DNA of 64,000 nt, taken from Bigelowiella natans CCMP2755 (Eukaryota > Protista > Cercozoa). The stretch's first letter is position 1, and each line of letters begins with the position of its first letter. The notes under the pieces are model-generated. The model was not told where the DNA came from. It ran no database searches and saw only the letters and a list, made by a program, of their open reading frames with translations. The stretch covers positions 1 through 64,000 of the forward strand of contig ADNK01001382.1 of assembly GCA_000320545.1 (NCBI GenBank). Direction: 5' to 3'. The translations under genes and the position numbers were made by a program. Positions 1 through 14,075 of the stretch are shown here, piece after piece.

Positions 1-579
1 CATGGTGGTATGCAGTCGCGAGCATATTACACAAACAGTAACAGCTCTTCCCACAGACACTCAGGTCCATCATGTCTAAGAAGTGGTAGTAATAGAAAGA
101 GCGGGAGAAAAAGATTTCAGTGTGTACAACAGCAACAACTCCGATAGCAGGGGTAGCCGCAGCAGCAGCAGCAGTCAGTGCCAACATGCTCGGGATAATG
201 AAGTCATCAGCGGAGAGAAAGACCTGATTGGCGATGTGTATTTAACGTCAATCACGTCAAAGATAGAAGAAGAAGGAGAAGAAGGAGAAGGAGGAGGAGG
301 AGGAGGAGGAGGAGGAGGAGGAAGCGCACAGATTCTCTCTTCTCCTCTCATCAGATGCAAACCGAACTTCGCATATATCTATCCCTTGACTCACAACCAA
401 CAACACCACTACCAGCACATACAATGCGTGCTGCTACGACTGCTACCAACCGAGGAGTATTTGGGGAAGTCTTCGATGAGCAGCGTGTTAGCTTGCCACC
501 AGAAATGCCTGGGGCACATTATATATTGTATATATTTATATGTAAAATGTGGGGACAGCTGATTTTGTGAGATGGGAAT

Positions 580-639
<60 letters not shown>

Positions 640-687
640 GGGGGGGGGGGTAACCACATTATGAATCAATCGCTATTCGCTCCTCTT

Positions 688-725
<38 letters not shown>

Positions 726-958
726 TTGTAAGTGCATGGGCCACGGACATTTCGCTTCCTGCTAACCACATCGCAGCACGTCCCCAGAGCTATTATTATT
801 ATTATCATCATCATCATCATCATCATCATCAATAGTCACCAACCGCCGATCGATAACAAAAAGACCAGCAGCAGCAGCAGCAACAACATCCCACTCATCG
901 AGCTTGCATTTTGTGCTGTGGAGGTCTTTCTCACACTACATAGTGCTATAAACTTTTA

Positions 959-992
<34 letters not shown>

Positions 993-1008
993 CCCACGCC
1001 TATCTTTG

Positions 1009-1046
<38 letters not shown>

Positions 1047-3231
1047 ACCCAACCAGAATGCGAGCGAGAGAGGGGGATGGGGGGGGGGACACTTTAAATG
1101 AGAACACCTTATTGTTTGGGTTGTAGAGGAAGTTGTAACAAACGTGGTAGGAGAAGAGCAGCAAACAAACGGGCTCGATCAGCACCATGCTGGTAGTGGG
1201 GGGGGGGGAGGCGGAGAGCGAGAGATCGGCAACACCAGAGGAAGAAGCACAACAGCGTTAGGCACTACATCGGAATGACGGAGATAACAGTTCGAAGAAA
1301 AAATCCAATGCTGCATGGAAGGGAGAAGGAGGGGGGAGGGGGGAGCGATCGTGCGATTGAAGGAGAACAATATAAGTATGCAATATTAGGTAACTATTCC
1401 TCTTCCCCCCCCCCAACCGGACCTTGTCACGAGGTTGGGGCGTGTCCTTAATATCCAGGCAATCGCGCACGTTCCATACGAGTGCCCGATGAAGCAGCAC
1501 CTTCAGGTGGCGGCAGCAAAAACACAGACAACAGCAATGCGGCCAATCATCACCTCTCTGAACAATGGAGAGATCTACATTTCCTCTATGCGAATTTTAG
1601 TGTGTGCGTGTGTGCGTGTGTGCGTGTGTGCGTGTGTGTGTGCGAATCAACTCTGGGGCAAGAAATACTACTACTGCTACTACTACTACTGCTACCCTTA
1701 CTGCTACTGCTACCACGCACTGACCCCGTATTCCACCGGCCATGATTGGAGAGCATCAGCTCGATTGTCCGCACGAACTAACGGTTGTTGTTTCATGCGT
1801 GTGCGGGGGAGTGTGAGAATGATGATGAAGATGATGGTGATGATGGTGATGATGGTGATGATGATGACATAACCGCGCGGAAAGATGGCGTGGTCGGTGA
1901 GTCGTAGTCGTAGTAGTAGTAGTAGTAGTAGTGGTACGATCTAGGAAGAATGAGAGTATTTGGTGTGTTGCTCCTCGTTACCTGGTCAGGCTCAGGAGGC
2001 GTTTCCCCGAGTCGTAAGCACACCCACGGGAGCTCAACCAAGTACACCTGTTGGTAGTAGGACTAGATCAAGCTGCGCGCACGCCACACGCACACACGAG
2101 CCCCCCCCCCCCCCTCTCCTCTCTCTCTCGTTTTTTTTTTCGGAAACTCCCATTTTTTTTGAAACCCCCCCCCCCAAAGAAAGGTTTCTGGGAGAATGCC
2201 CCTCCTATCCCATGGAGAAACACCAGCGGTTGCTCTGCCACAGGTAAGGGGGGGGGGGGAGGGAGGGGAACGAGGAAGAAGATAAGGAGTAGGCAAAATG
2301 CATTCATTCAGCGTGTACAGTTTCTACCATCCTCCCCCTCGCTATCTCTCTCTCTCTCTCTCGCTATTCCCATTGTTCTTCGAATGCTACTACTCTACAA
2401 CAACTACAACAACTACTACTACTACTATTGCTACTACTACTACTCACTCTTCGAGTGCGGTGCTCCTTTTCTAAACCAGTAGCGTGTGGGACCCTGAACG
2501 TAGTAGTAGATAACAACAATGTCTTCAGTAAAGGAACAAAAGAAGATGTATCCTCTCTCTCTCTCTCTCCTCCCTATTATGCCATGCACAGAATCTGTAT
2601 CATCATTTTGACAGGGAATGGTGGCATCAAGTTGCTCATCATCATCATCATCATCACCACCACCACCACGGTTAATCGAATCCTCTCACCGCTAGCCTGC
2701 ACTCATATCCGAGCTGTTCCAAGACGCCGTTTGAGAAGATGTTCTAGTCGATGACGGTGAGTGGTAAGCGACAATACAGTTGATAATAGGAGGAGGAGGA
2801 GGAGGATGAGGACACCGTGAAATTGAATGATGACCATCGGCCGGCAAACACAGAGGGGAGGGGGCTAGGAGGAGGAGGAGGAGACGAAGAGAAGATAACG
2901 AAGAAAGAATACGCATAGAAATGTGCCAGAAGAGATCATGTGAAACAACTGCCTCTCAACCACGAACATAATGGTGGAAGGGCGTATTAATCTCCTCCCA
3001 CCTCGCCATCGATCTCACCTGTAGCCACACTGCAAGGTAGAAGAGGAGTGGCCGATAATCCGTTTTGACTGGATCTAGCGAATTCCGCATGCACCTGCGG
3101 AGAGAGGCGGAGGAGCAAGAAGCAGGTGCGGGAGGAGGAATAAGAGGAGGGGGGGGAACGAAGTAAAGTAATACATTAAACAGAAAGCTATGCAACGTGA
3201 CCGATTGTATCCGTGTTCAATGTGCGGTTTT

Positions 3232-3267
<36 letters not shown>

Positions 3268-3959
3268 ACACATAACAGTTATTATTATTCAGATAGCGAG
3301 GAGAGAAATCGTGGCGAGATCCACCGGCCTTGCAGCACATCTTCTACATATGCACGGCGCCTTACTTGATGTTGGGGTTATATCCTGGCTCGAACGTGTA
3401 GCCCAAGGCAAGCTCGATCTTGGGGACCTCCTCGCACACCTACAGCAGCATGTTGATCCTTTGTTAGTGAACACATAAATACAACCGCAATCACGCAACA
3501 CACACGCACACACGCATACACACGTCGTTAAGAATATACAAAATCATCTTGCAATTATGTCTGCCGGTTCTTTCCGCTAAGTAGATGTTGTTGTTGTTGT
3601 TGTTGCTGTTGTTATTGCTGCTGCTGCTCCAACAACACGCGCTAGGATGATTCTACTAATCGTGTGAGCGCATGCTGACACCGACCTCCAACGCCTGCTT
3701 GCGTGTTAGCCGGGGGGGGGTGGTGTTGAAGAGCGCCCAAGATAGGAACTGCACGAGATTTTCCTTCCTGATTTCCCCTGTCAAATATATCATAACAATG
3801 CATTGCATCATTCGTCATTGCGGTGTTCCAAGGGAAACGTCGATGCTGCTGCCATACGCGGAGGATATAAGGACACGATGCTGGCCACGATCACGGCGTT
3901 ATAATCACATATATTAGAGGCCCAAAGACTGCTCATTTTATTTTGGAGTTGAAGCTCAT

Positions 3960-4001
<42 letters not shown>

Positions 4002-4002
4002 T

Positions 4003-4040
<38 letters not shown>

Positions 4041-5065
4041 ATGATTGAAGACTAATTTCTGCGCCCTACTTAATGAAGCGTTGAAAAACCATCCAGTGAG
4101 CACCTCCTTGCCTAAAAGTCATAATCACAACAGATACGCGGTGGCAGATGTCAGAAAGGAGAGGAGGGGGGGGAGTAGCAGCAGTGATATCTACGGAGAT
4201 TGAGATTTTACTATAAATAAGATAAAACGACGAACCGATCTGCTTGATAACACTCCTCCATTCACGCATTAGCTTGACTCTAGCATTTCGAGAGAGAGGC
4301 TTCTGGGGAACAAAGGCCTGAAGAAGGGGGGGGGGGGGGGGGGCGACGTTTATATTAACGGAGAGCATAAAGCTAATGGCCCTCCAAGCATTGTTCAAAG
4401 AGCAGAGAACCAATTGCGCGTGCGTGTCGTTGTTAATCATCATCATCGTCGTCGTCGTCATCGTCACCATCGCTACCAATTCACCAGTCTTAAGGGAGAC
4501 TGACGAATCATCGAACCACACACTTCACACCAACACCTGAATAGCGCGACGGCGCCATCGGTAGTAGACGATAAAGTAGAGCTACAAAAGGGGCGGGGAG
4601 GAAAGCAGCCGATCAGGCACAAATGAGGATGTTTGAACGGGAAGAAGGAGCGTGGAGAAGCTCTTAGGTGATCGTTTTTCCAGATGCGGAAAGAAAGAAA
4701 TCAAAGCACTAATATACAGCCTCGAGGGGCTGACAGATTGCTTGCACCACGCACCTCACAGACAAGATACGTCGTGAACATCTTAATCTTGAAAATGCTG
4801 TAGAAAACGTCATCTAACAGCCAGCTGCAGGGTGGTATGGAGACGATTATAGCAACACACAAATATAAGGAATAGCACACGTTCTTCGATTATGCATGCA
4901 AACACGAGTAAGTGTGTGTGTTTGTGTGTGAGTGTGTGTGTGTATCTACATTTTATAATTATGCATTTTTATCTTCGCTTCGTGAAGCCATGCATTTCGG
5001 GCATGCTACTACCCAACAAAGGTGAAGATAATGCCAAGCAGAATTAAATTGAAGAAGATTCCCAT
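1..5065 (-). CDS. Multi-exon alpha/beta-hydrolase fold protein with N-terminal hydrophobic segment; 3' end runs off the window start
   Basis: Spliced minus-strand exons read MGIFFNLILLGIIFTFVG (ATG 5065), KEVLTGWFFNAS, EIRKENLVQFLSWALF, LGYTFEPGYNPNIK, CMRNSLDPVKTDYRPLLFY, PLVFLHGIGG (~2200), CFIGHSYGTCAIAW (GxSxG nucleophile elbow, ~1455-1497), MVLIEPVCLLLFSYHVCYNFLY, SEMSVAHALTR/HFWWQANTL. Individual exon boundaries are approximate. Confidence 0.8.
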
Positions 5066-5776
5066 CCTCAGCCGCCTCCGAAGTGCGTCTACAGAGCGTC
5101 ATCGTTTGGAAGTACAGCAAATCGTAAAATCACCATCACACCGCCACCCTTCACGTCTCACAACAGATATACGCCGAAGTAAAATGCACATGTACTATAC
5201 CCAGAAGCTCCGTGACCGGATTGGTGAATGTAAACCTCAGAGCCCTTCGAAGGAAGCCCACCATCTTGCCTTCTCCTTCTTTTCTATGTGTTCTTCCAGC
5301 TTTTGAGGGGGGCGTTCGATCTAACCACGAGAACATCACGTTCATTCTCCCAAACAAAAACTTCTTGCACTTCCACACGCACGATGAGCCATATGCCCGC
5401 GCTCGCTTCACCAGCCACCTTCCAACCGTACCTTCCTCTCCCACGCCGCCCCGGTCGAGTTATCCGTTGGGGTGGGTCCCTCCTTCCGGTTGGACTGGCT
5501 ATTCAGATGTTCTCGGGGTGGAAAAGAATCTCCCTCCGAAAAGGGGATTTCCCCTTGGTTTCCCCTCTGCGACAACCAAAATTTAGTGAAAACCTAAAAA
5601 TAAGTCGTGATCGGGCTTCACATATCGGGTGTCCGTTTGGCAAGGAGGAGACCCGCACAGCGGGAGGCTGCTTCGCACCGCCCCCGTCCTCTGCATCTTG
5701 CGAGCTTCCTGCGCCTCTCTCGGGCGCGACATTGGTTCTCCACAACCGGGCTGTGGGGGCTGGCTTTCGCAAGCGG

Positions 5777-6864
5777 ATGGAAGGAAGCAACTTCAAGATC
5801 CGCACGCTCCACGGGCACACTGACTCGGCAAGGGGGTGCGCCTTGTCGGCCGACGGAAAGCTCGCGCTCTCAGCCTCGGATGACAAGACCTGCATTCTCT
5901 GGAACACACAAGACGGAACCCGACTCCGAACGCTCCGAGGGCACACTGGCCGTGTGATCGGCTGCGCCCTGTCAGCCGACGGCAAGCTCGCGATGTCAGC
6001 CTCAAGGGACCACACTTGCATCCTCTGGAACGCACAAGACGGGACCCGACTCCGCACACTCCAAGGGCACAGCATCTGGTTGAATGCATGCGCCCTGTCG
6101 GCCGACGGCAAGGTCGCGCTCTCGGCTGCAGAAGATGGAACCTGCATCCTCTGGAACACACAGGATGGGACCGAACTCCGGACCCTCCAAAAGAACACGG
6201 ACTCGGTGCTGGGATGCGCCCTGTCGGCCGACGGCAAGCTCGCACTCTTGGCTTCGGTCGACAAGACCTGCACCCTCTGGAACACCGAAGACGGAACCCG
6301 ACTCCGGACGCTTCCAGGACACAAGTGGGCCGTGCAAGGGTGCGCCCTGTCTGCCGACGGCAAGCTCGCGTTCTCGGTCTCAGTCGACAAAACATGCATC
6401 CTCTGGAACACACAAGACCGGACCGAGCCCCGAACGTTGTTTGAGCACACGAGTCGCGTGTACGGATGCGCCCTGTCGGCCGACGGCAAGCTGGCGCTCT
6501 CGGGCTCAATGAGCGGGACTTGCATCCTCTGGAACACACAAGACGGGGCCGAACTCCAAACGCTCCAAGAAACAGAGGCTGTGCTTGGATGCGCGCTGTC
6601 GGCTGACGGAAAGCTCGCGATGTCGGCCGGGGAAGATGGGACCTGCATCCTCTGGAACACACGAGCCTTTTCGAATCCAAAAGGGTAAAGGGCACGCGAC
6701 GATGCTGCAACGTTTTACCAATGCCTAGCCTTCGATTTGAGCGCTGACCGTGGTGTGTTGGAACTTCGTCTGATTTCACAGGCAAGATGCTGATTCAAAG
6801 GCGGATACCGACGCACCGGACGAGGTAGTGTACATGCACAATATTGCACATGTACACACACACA

Positions 6865-6923
<59 letters not shown>

Positions 6924-8131
6924 AGTACATGTATGTGTAACATCATTGATATTCAGGCTAAAATCTCATAAGTGTAGACTAATGTGTAATGATAGGAGAT
7001 TAACTTCCTGAAGAAGATCGATATACACTATATTATATGTATGTAAATATATATAGTTATTTTGCATGCGTGTTGTTTTTGCCTCTCCCCTTCTCTCTAC
7101 TTATTCTATCTACACGACTACAACTACTACTACTACTACTACTACTACTATCTACATGCGGGGACGAATCAAAACCCATTTTAAGCCGACGACGATAAGT
7201 CTGTTTTTCGTCTCTTCCTACTCCCCACCGGTCTTCTCAATATTCTTCTTCTTCTTCTTCTTCTTCTTTCTCCATAGACGATGACGATGACGAACCAGGA
7301 TAAGAAGAAACAGAATATAGAGGCGGTAAGTAGGCGACGTAAGTGTTCGGCTCGAAGATCCCAAATAGCATCCAACATTTATATGTTACGTGTTGGCATA
7401 TCTGTATGTATGCGCATCGTGAGCCAGAAAAGCTTTATTTCTTTTCTAAAGCAACTATGGTCTACATGTTCTTCAGAACTCCGCACAGCAGGAAGGCAGC
7501 AGCGGAAAGCCAGTGACTTCCTGGGACAAGCACGATATTGTTAAATTCATCAAGACGTTCAGTACCAGCGGAAACCAAAAATGGGCGAAGTGCATCGAGG
7601 TGCTGTTGTTCAATCGATATCACGATGTGTATCTTGCTCATAACAATGTAGCGAGAGATGAGCCCGAAACTAAAGTTTGCTACCTCCTTGTGCACCTCCT
7701 CGCTCGGCCTACGAAACCGGCCTGCTTTGCTCTTTCAACGGTCTGTAGGTTGTTCTTGAGTATGATCTGGAGTACTCAGTGCTGGAAGACTGCGAAGTCG
7801 GTCATCTCGTTGAGTTGGGAATTCCAGAGCTGTTTGCCCACAGCCTCCTTAAGAAGCTGCAAAAGCTGTCTGGGGAGGACGCCTCCATCGATGCAAAGGT
7901 TGCTACGCCACTCTAGCACTCCACGTGCGCACGCTGTTCTGCGTCTCAATGAGCGAGAACCCGTACAGCATCTAGATAGCACGTTGTTTGTTTTGTTTGA
8001 GTCGAAATGGTGTTGCTTAGGAGAAGAGCGACAGGAATGGAAAAGCCGAAATTGATGCAATAGTGAGAGGAAATGCTCTTCCAAAAACATCTCGTGGCAA
8101 ATTTTGTGCACAGTGGTGCGTTGCATTTTAG
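5777..8131 (+). CDS. WD40-repeat (7 blades) + SAM domain protein ending in a CaaX box (CVAF)
   Basis: Exon 1 (5777-~6684) has seven ~42-aa WD40 repeats. Donor GG|GTAAAG joins in phase to an exon at 6782 (QDADSKADTDAPDE). Further exons: ~7278 (TMTMTNQDKKKQNIEA), ~7478 (KPVTSWDKHDIVKFIKTF..KWAKCIE), ~7749 (VVLEYDLEYSVLEDCEVGHLVELGIPELFAHSLLKKLQKL, SAM-like), and 8021-8131 (..GKFCAQWCVAF*). The WD40 part is certain; the downstream linkage is inferred from splice phases. Confidence 0.75.
5797..6662 (+). repeat. Seven ~126-bp coding tandem repeats (WD40 units with high internal identity)
   Basis: Recurrent TGCGCCCTGTCGGCCGACGGCAAG and TGCATCCTCTGGAACAC with ~126-bp periodicity. Confidence 0.95.
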
Positions 8132-8179
8132 TCAAGATCATTTTTGGAACGAAATCGACACATTTTTAGCAATTTCGAG

Positions 8180-8730
8180 CTATCGCTACGACTAGACGAG
8201 CAACGTCGCATCAGCTAAATCAGCAGCAACTGCAGCATCATGAAATCGCAGACATGATGAGATGATACAGCCGCATGCACGCGCTCAAGCTATAGTACAT
8301 GCTAGCATGTGCGCATGCAAGTGCTGTCATTGCTGCTTCACGCGAGGAGCGAGGATACATTGTCTGCATGTATACATGCGCATGCTATGCATTTCATTGC
8401 AAGTACTACAGCAGCATAGCTAGATAGCACACACGACGTCATAGCCGAATGTATGCTAGCATGCTGCAGGATCCAGTTAGCTCATCTACATCCGCTGCAT
8501 GTTCAAATGTTATAATTGACATGCTAGCATGCATGTGCTGTAATATGTACATATCTAGATGTGCATGCCTGCTTATCTAGCCTGCCTAATAGCTAATCGC
8601 TCTACTAGTCTAGCTAGCGCTAACCATTTACATGCAATCGATTGTCACGTTGGCAAACGCTCGTGAGCCACACTGCTAGACCGGCGCACCACAGCTAGCT
8701 AGCTAGACAGTACGACACTACTAGAACAGT
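8180..8730. other. CTAG/AGCT/CATG/TGCA palindrome-rich intergenic tract at a convergent gene junction
   Basis: Dense gctagc, catgctagcatg and agctagctagctag between the WD40-SAM stop (8131) and the PTEN-like stop (8911). Confidence 0.7.
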
Positions 8731-8910
8731 AGATGCGCATTGTTAAGAATGTTTCGACCTGCCCGATGCAAAGATGAACATAATGCCAAATTCCAGCAAA
8801 AATGTCCGTACAGCCTCATATACTGCTACTGTTGCTCGTTTGCAAACTCCCATTCAACCTCTAATCCGTTATCGACCAGCTTCATGCATGCTACTCTATT
8901 GCTGACTTCG

Positions 8911-10436
8911 TCAATTGGTTCCACCATCATCAGCTTTTTTAATCATTTCAAAAGATAGATCCTCATCTTCATCTTCGTCAGCATCCGCTTGTATCTGGAG
9001 CATGGAGATTGAATCGCAGTAAAAGAGAGAAGAGAAAAATCAGAGAAATGCCTCTTCCATGGGTGAAAACTATGCTCTAAGTAAAGGGACCTGCTGTAGT
9101 AATGCTTGCGTCGTCTCTTCGTCGACATCATCCTCATCCTCATCCTCATCAACGTCCAAGTCTTTAATGTAGCACCGATTTTTAGCTAGTATTAGGGAGT
9201 AGGATACGCAGTGGTCACTACCATTCACAAGCTCCTCGAGTTGTCTATTGCTCTCCGAGGACACCTTCGCAAAACACTTCACTATCAATGGCATTGGTCA
9301 TGAGGAGGAAGGATGATGATGATGATGATGGTGGTGGGGGGGGGGGGGGGATGACGATGCATGGCTCACGTGTGGCAGGGGCGTCTATTGATGGCGACGG
9401 CTAGAAACCCTCCATAAAATTCTCCGCGGCGTGATTTATGTGTCTTACCGTAATCGAAGCTGCCACTCCCTTCTGCTCAACTGGCTGGTGAGTATTGCTA
9501 TCAGCTATGTTTTGTGCCCCCCCCTGCTGCTGCGCCCCTGATGATGTAGGCTCGTCTGCTTCCTTCTCCTTGTTCTTCTTCGCATCCCCTCCGCCTACCT
9601 TCTTTATATCCTTCTCGCCGTCCTCCTCCCCCTCCTCCTCCTTCTTCTGCACCTTCTTCATCTTCGAGGCAGGCGAACTCGCGTCGAGTGGGCTGAGAGG
9701 TGCTTTGGGCCTGATTGCATCCTCGCCCGTCCCTTCGCCGTGCTGTCCCTTCTTCGAGGGAGTAGTAGCTATGGCGGTGGCAAGTTTCGTCGGCGGCTCG
9801 GCTATCTTTCGGATCCCGTCCCAGTAGCTTGAAGCCAGCTTTCCCTCTTTCAGGGGCTGAGATGTGTTCAAAAGCCACGCGTTACACCGCCGCTATCCTC
9901 ATCAAAGCATCGTCATCATCATCATCATCATCATTATCATTATCATTATCATCACACCGCAGCCACGAGCAGCAGCTGATGGCTGCAAGGAGTAGAAATG
10001 CTACTTGTTATCATTATAATAATCATGATTAATTATTACGCCTTGATTCAACAACGAATGAGCCTGATCCTTCTGCCGCAGCGATGAGGATGGTGACGAC
10101 GACTATAACGACGGCAGAACAGAGACCGAGAAAGACCGAACCCTACTCCTACTCCTCCTTCTCCTCCTCCTCCTCCTCCTCCTCCTCCTCCTACTACTAC
10201 TACTTGACCATCATCTTACACCTTGCCGTAGTTGTTGAGAGCCTTCTCGAAGTTGACAGTAACCTTGAAATCCGGTGCGAATGAGGTGGAGTTACTCGCC
10301 ATGTCCACTCTGTGAAGGAGGGAGGGAGAAAGAAGAGGAGGTGGAGGAGGAGGAGGAGGAGGAGGAGGAGGAGAAGAAGAAGGAGGGGGGGGAGGACGTG
10401 AAAATGAGATGGAATCAAGGAGGACACACACACACG

Positions 10437-10478
<42 letters not shown>

Positions 10479-12487
10479 GAGAGAGGGGGGGGGAAATAGA
10501 AAACACAATACAACTCTAACAGTACTGTGCTATTGCTGGTGCTTGGACATGTGCGGTGTCATCATTATCATTATCATCATCATACTGAAGCTTTCGAAAC
10601 ACAGTGGGCCCCGATTTGAGAAATCCAGTGTGAAAGGCGATCCTAGAGGTTGGGGGACAGAACAAGGGTTGTCCGAATATTTAATATATGATATATATAT
10701 ATATATATATATATTACATCGTGCATATGTGTCGTCGGTGCATGGCACAGATACAGAAACACACGTATTATTGTTTCAACACGCTTTGTCGAACATTGGA
10801 CGAAAGCAACTAAGATTGATCTCGCGTAAACCCCCCCCCCCCCTCCACCCCCCTCCCAATTCGAAGTCCTCCCCTAGCCAGCCAGCACCTGAATATGGAG
10901 AAGCGTTTCTTGTCTTGCCTTACTGTCTGCACACGAATGAGGATGTCGCCCTCCACGTTGACGAGGGTTCTAAAGGTGACTCCCCAATCCTCTTCGTCGT
11001 TGCTCTTTTTTTCGGGAAATTGCGCCCCCCCCCCCCCCCCCTCCTCCTCCTCCTCCTCCTTCGTGGACTCTGCGTTCTCGTCGGGCTGCTTTGCCTTGGT
11101 TGGCGGTCGTTGCTTGGCAGAGGTGCTACTGCGGTGTACCAAGCGGCCGTTTTGGTATATCTCGATTGTCAGGAGTGCCTCCGGGTCTATTTCCTGATCA
11201 TGTAAGCTAGTTAGTAGTAACACCGGAGATGAATAATACGCAATGATGATGATGATGATGATGATGATAATGATGACGAGGATGAGGATGCTATGCTCTA
11301 CTGTGCGTGCGTGTGCGTTGGTGGGCGAGGCTAGTCAGAACTAGCAAACTTTATGGTGCCAAGAAATTGAAGGCGGAGGCGGTTATTCACAAGGGGAGGG
11401 AGGGAGGAGGAGGAGGAGGAAGAGGGGGGGGGGGGGCACTGTAAGTAAAAAGCTCACACAGCCAGCTGTCGCGCGCTCATAAGAAGAACGTGCTGGCCTT
11501 ATTACGCTCTCAGCGCTCTCCTGATTGCTTTGCTATTATAACTACTTTGCCATTGTAAGATTGGCGGCCTTACCGCCAAATATCAGACACTGCTATGTAG
11601 TATATACCTTAGGGAGGGCAGTCGTTGTCAAACTCGTCAACCTGAGCGGCTTTTTATTCATTTTCTCCTCTCCTAACAAAAGAAACGACGGTCATCACAG
11701 AAGATTGGTTGGAGCGTAGATGGAGGGGGATGGAACGCTTGCCCGTAAAAACCACCACCGCCGACACCTCCTCCCCCATTCTGCTGCTGCATGCTGCGAT
11801 TGTCGACTACTACTACTACACAGTCTTACTCACACTACTACCACTTGTACTACCTTTTCCAACTGTAAAGAAGTAGCCTAGGTAACGTTGCTGGGAGGGT
11901 ACCACTAACCGACTCATCGGTATGCGACGGCAATCTAATAATGCCGCCAACAACAAGAAGAAAGGTGAAATGGAGGAGGGGGAGAAGGGGGAGGAGGAGA
12001 CGGACTGACGCGCTCTTCTACTAACCTGCAACGTGAGCAATAGCATTCTTCGGTGTGGAGAAGGCTTTGGTCCAAAGAAGATACCTAAGAATCACGAGAT
12101 CGTCGAAGTGGGGGTGGTTGGTCAGTCACGCACGATGATGATGATGATGATGATGTTGTTGTTGTTGTTGGAGGAAGGGAAAGAGAAAGAAGAAGAAGGA
12201 AAAAAATACTTCGTCGCTCAGTCAAACAATCGGTCTTGGTCTTCATTTCATGCCCATACATGCAGCAGCAGTGAATGCTTACGCTGCGAGGATGAGGGCC
12301 GTTCTCCCTTTCCCGTTATAGCAGTGGACGACTACGACATTCTCCGACGAGGCCGCCAGCCAAGAGTGCATCGACGTGAGTATTGAGAATAAGGTTCCTG
12401 AGTATTTGTAGAAAAGCAGTAGCAGGCAGGGAGCAGGACCGCATAAAGCACTTCATTTTGTTGTAGTGATACATACACCAGAAACAT

Positions 12488-12518
<31 letters not shown>

Positions 12519-14075
12519 CATGTACGCACGCTCAAGTAAAGATAAGCAGCGCTACTTAATAATCAAGAGAGCAGGGCGAGATTATGCGGACTTGTTCAAC
12601 ATCGGTGGGTAGATAGGTAGGTACCTAGAGGGGGGCTTGGGTATCCCGGAAACTTGAATTCCATCACCTGAGGTGTTTTATATTATATAAGAAGAAGAAA
12701 ACGAGGAAGAAGAAGTAAGGATTTTTTGGATGATTGGTAAATATATTTCGCTCGCTGCCCGATGCTTCTGAGCGCTCGCGCACGAATTTCCATGCACATA
12801 AATCAAAACCAACATTCTTGGCGTTGGCCATCCACTCTTCGCGTTTCATTGCAATATGTTCATGAAGCCATGTGTAACACCTGCTGCTCAAACTTCGAGG
12901 CATCATACGACTTTTCACTCAAATTGAATATCATGTACTTTCCCTAAGAAAGAAGGAAGGAGGGCGGGCGAAGGGAAGCGGCGAGAACAGTAGAATAGGT
13001 GTCAAAACGTGAGAATTAGCTGGTTCGATTATTGCCAGTTGTTATCATAAGGAATTCGTGAATAATCCAAACCTTATACTTCGTATTTAAGTATTTGCTT
13101 ATGTTATCCAGAGGGCATCCCAGGTGTGTCTCCTGCGTGTGTTGGTGATTTTCCCATCATCATCATCATCATCTTCTCAGAATGGATCGATTCATCCCAC
13201 GTATGAACATTTAGAAAGAGAATTACTATTACTTCCGGTGATGGGAACCCCATTGCAAGCAGCCGATCATTTATATGGCTTATTCCTACAAATATTTATC
13301 ATAACGGCGTGGCTACTGTGCACGATGTTGCAAAGGATCAAATAGTCCCTCACTTTGCTAACAAAATACCTAGATCGTCGGCCGAGGGTGTCGTCGATAC
13401 GATGGTGGATATAAAGCTGAACATGTCCTGGAATCATCGATATTGGGTAATAATTCAGCGAAAAAGTTCAACTAATATTGGAGATTCGTAAAGTGGCAAA
13501 TTGTACGAACTCTCGCTGCTTTATCAGCTTCTTTGAAGCCTTTTCCCATCTAAGTTTCAGGGTGATGAAGAGGAAGATGGAGGTGAAACAAAGTCCTTTC
13601 AACTACTAGGGAAAGAATTTGTACCTCCGAAGAGACCTTAGCGGATAATTTTCGTGCCTCTTGCGCAACTTCACCAGCTTTCGCTTTCACATTTTCCTGA
13701 TGTGTAGAACATATCACCCATGATGCATGGACTCTCGAAAGAATGTAGAGGTTCAAGTTCGATAAAAGCTGTTGGAGGGGATGAAAGGTGGTGGCTAATC
13801 CATTTCGTAGTAAAGTTCACTCCTAAACGTTCTTCCAAGGTCGCTGCTTGTTAAAATTGCCGGACGAAACGCAGGATGTCAACCAAAGCGGTGGGAAATC
13901 GTATCGAAGCAGGACTCTTGATCCCTTGGGCTATCAATGCGTAAAGAGAATCGATTCTATATTCAAAAGCTACCTTCGTTTCGTTTATCTTATCTTCATT
14001 GTTCTCCCAGAAGGAGTTGATTCCTTGACGAGCTGCTGCTGTCGATGACGACCACCACGAGCTCACCGACTCCAT
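8911..14075 (-). CDS. PTEN/tensin/auxilin-type phosphatase domain + C2 domain protein with acidic C-terminal tail
   Basis: Exons read MESVSSWW.., DDLGISHINDRLLAMG, PLDNISKYLNTK, GKYMIFNLSEKSYDASKFEQQ, VMEFKFPGYPSPPL, SMHSWLAASSENVVVVHCYNGKGRTALILAA (CX5R loop, 12300-12326), C2-like VNVEGDILIRV..SIFRCW and FAPDFKVTVNF. The last exon ends DEDEDEDLSFEMIKKADDGGTN*. Confidence 0.8.

Noticed and set aside
5288-5776. N-terminal extension of the 466-aa WD40 ORF
   Set aside because: It spans the divergent promoter gap and has no recognisable domain. The ATG at 5777 directly before repeat 1 is more plausible, though unproven.
5503-6785. Long repetitive minus-strand ORFs (385 and 330 aa)
   Set aside because: They are shadows of the GC-rich WD40 repeats on the plus strand.
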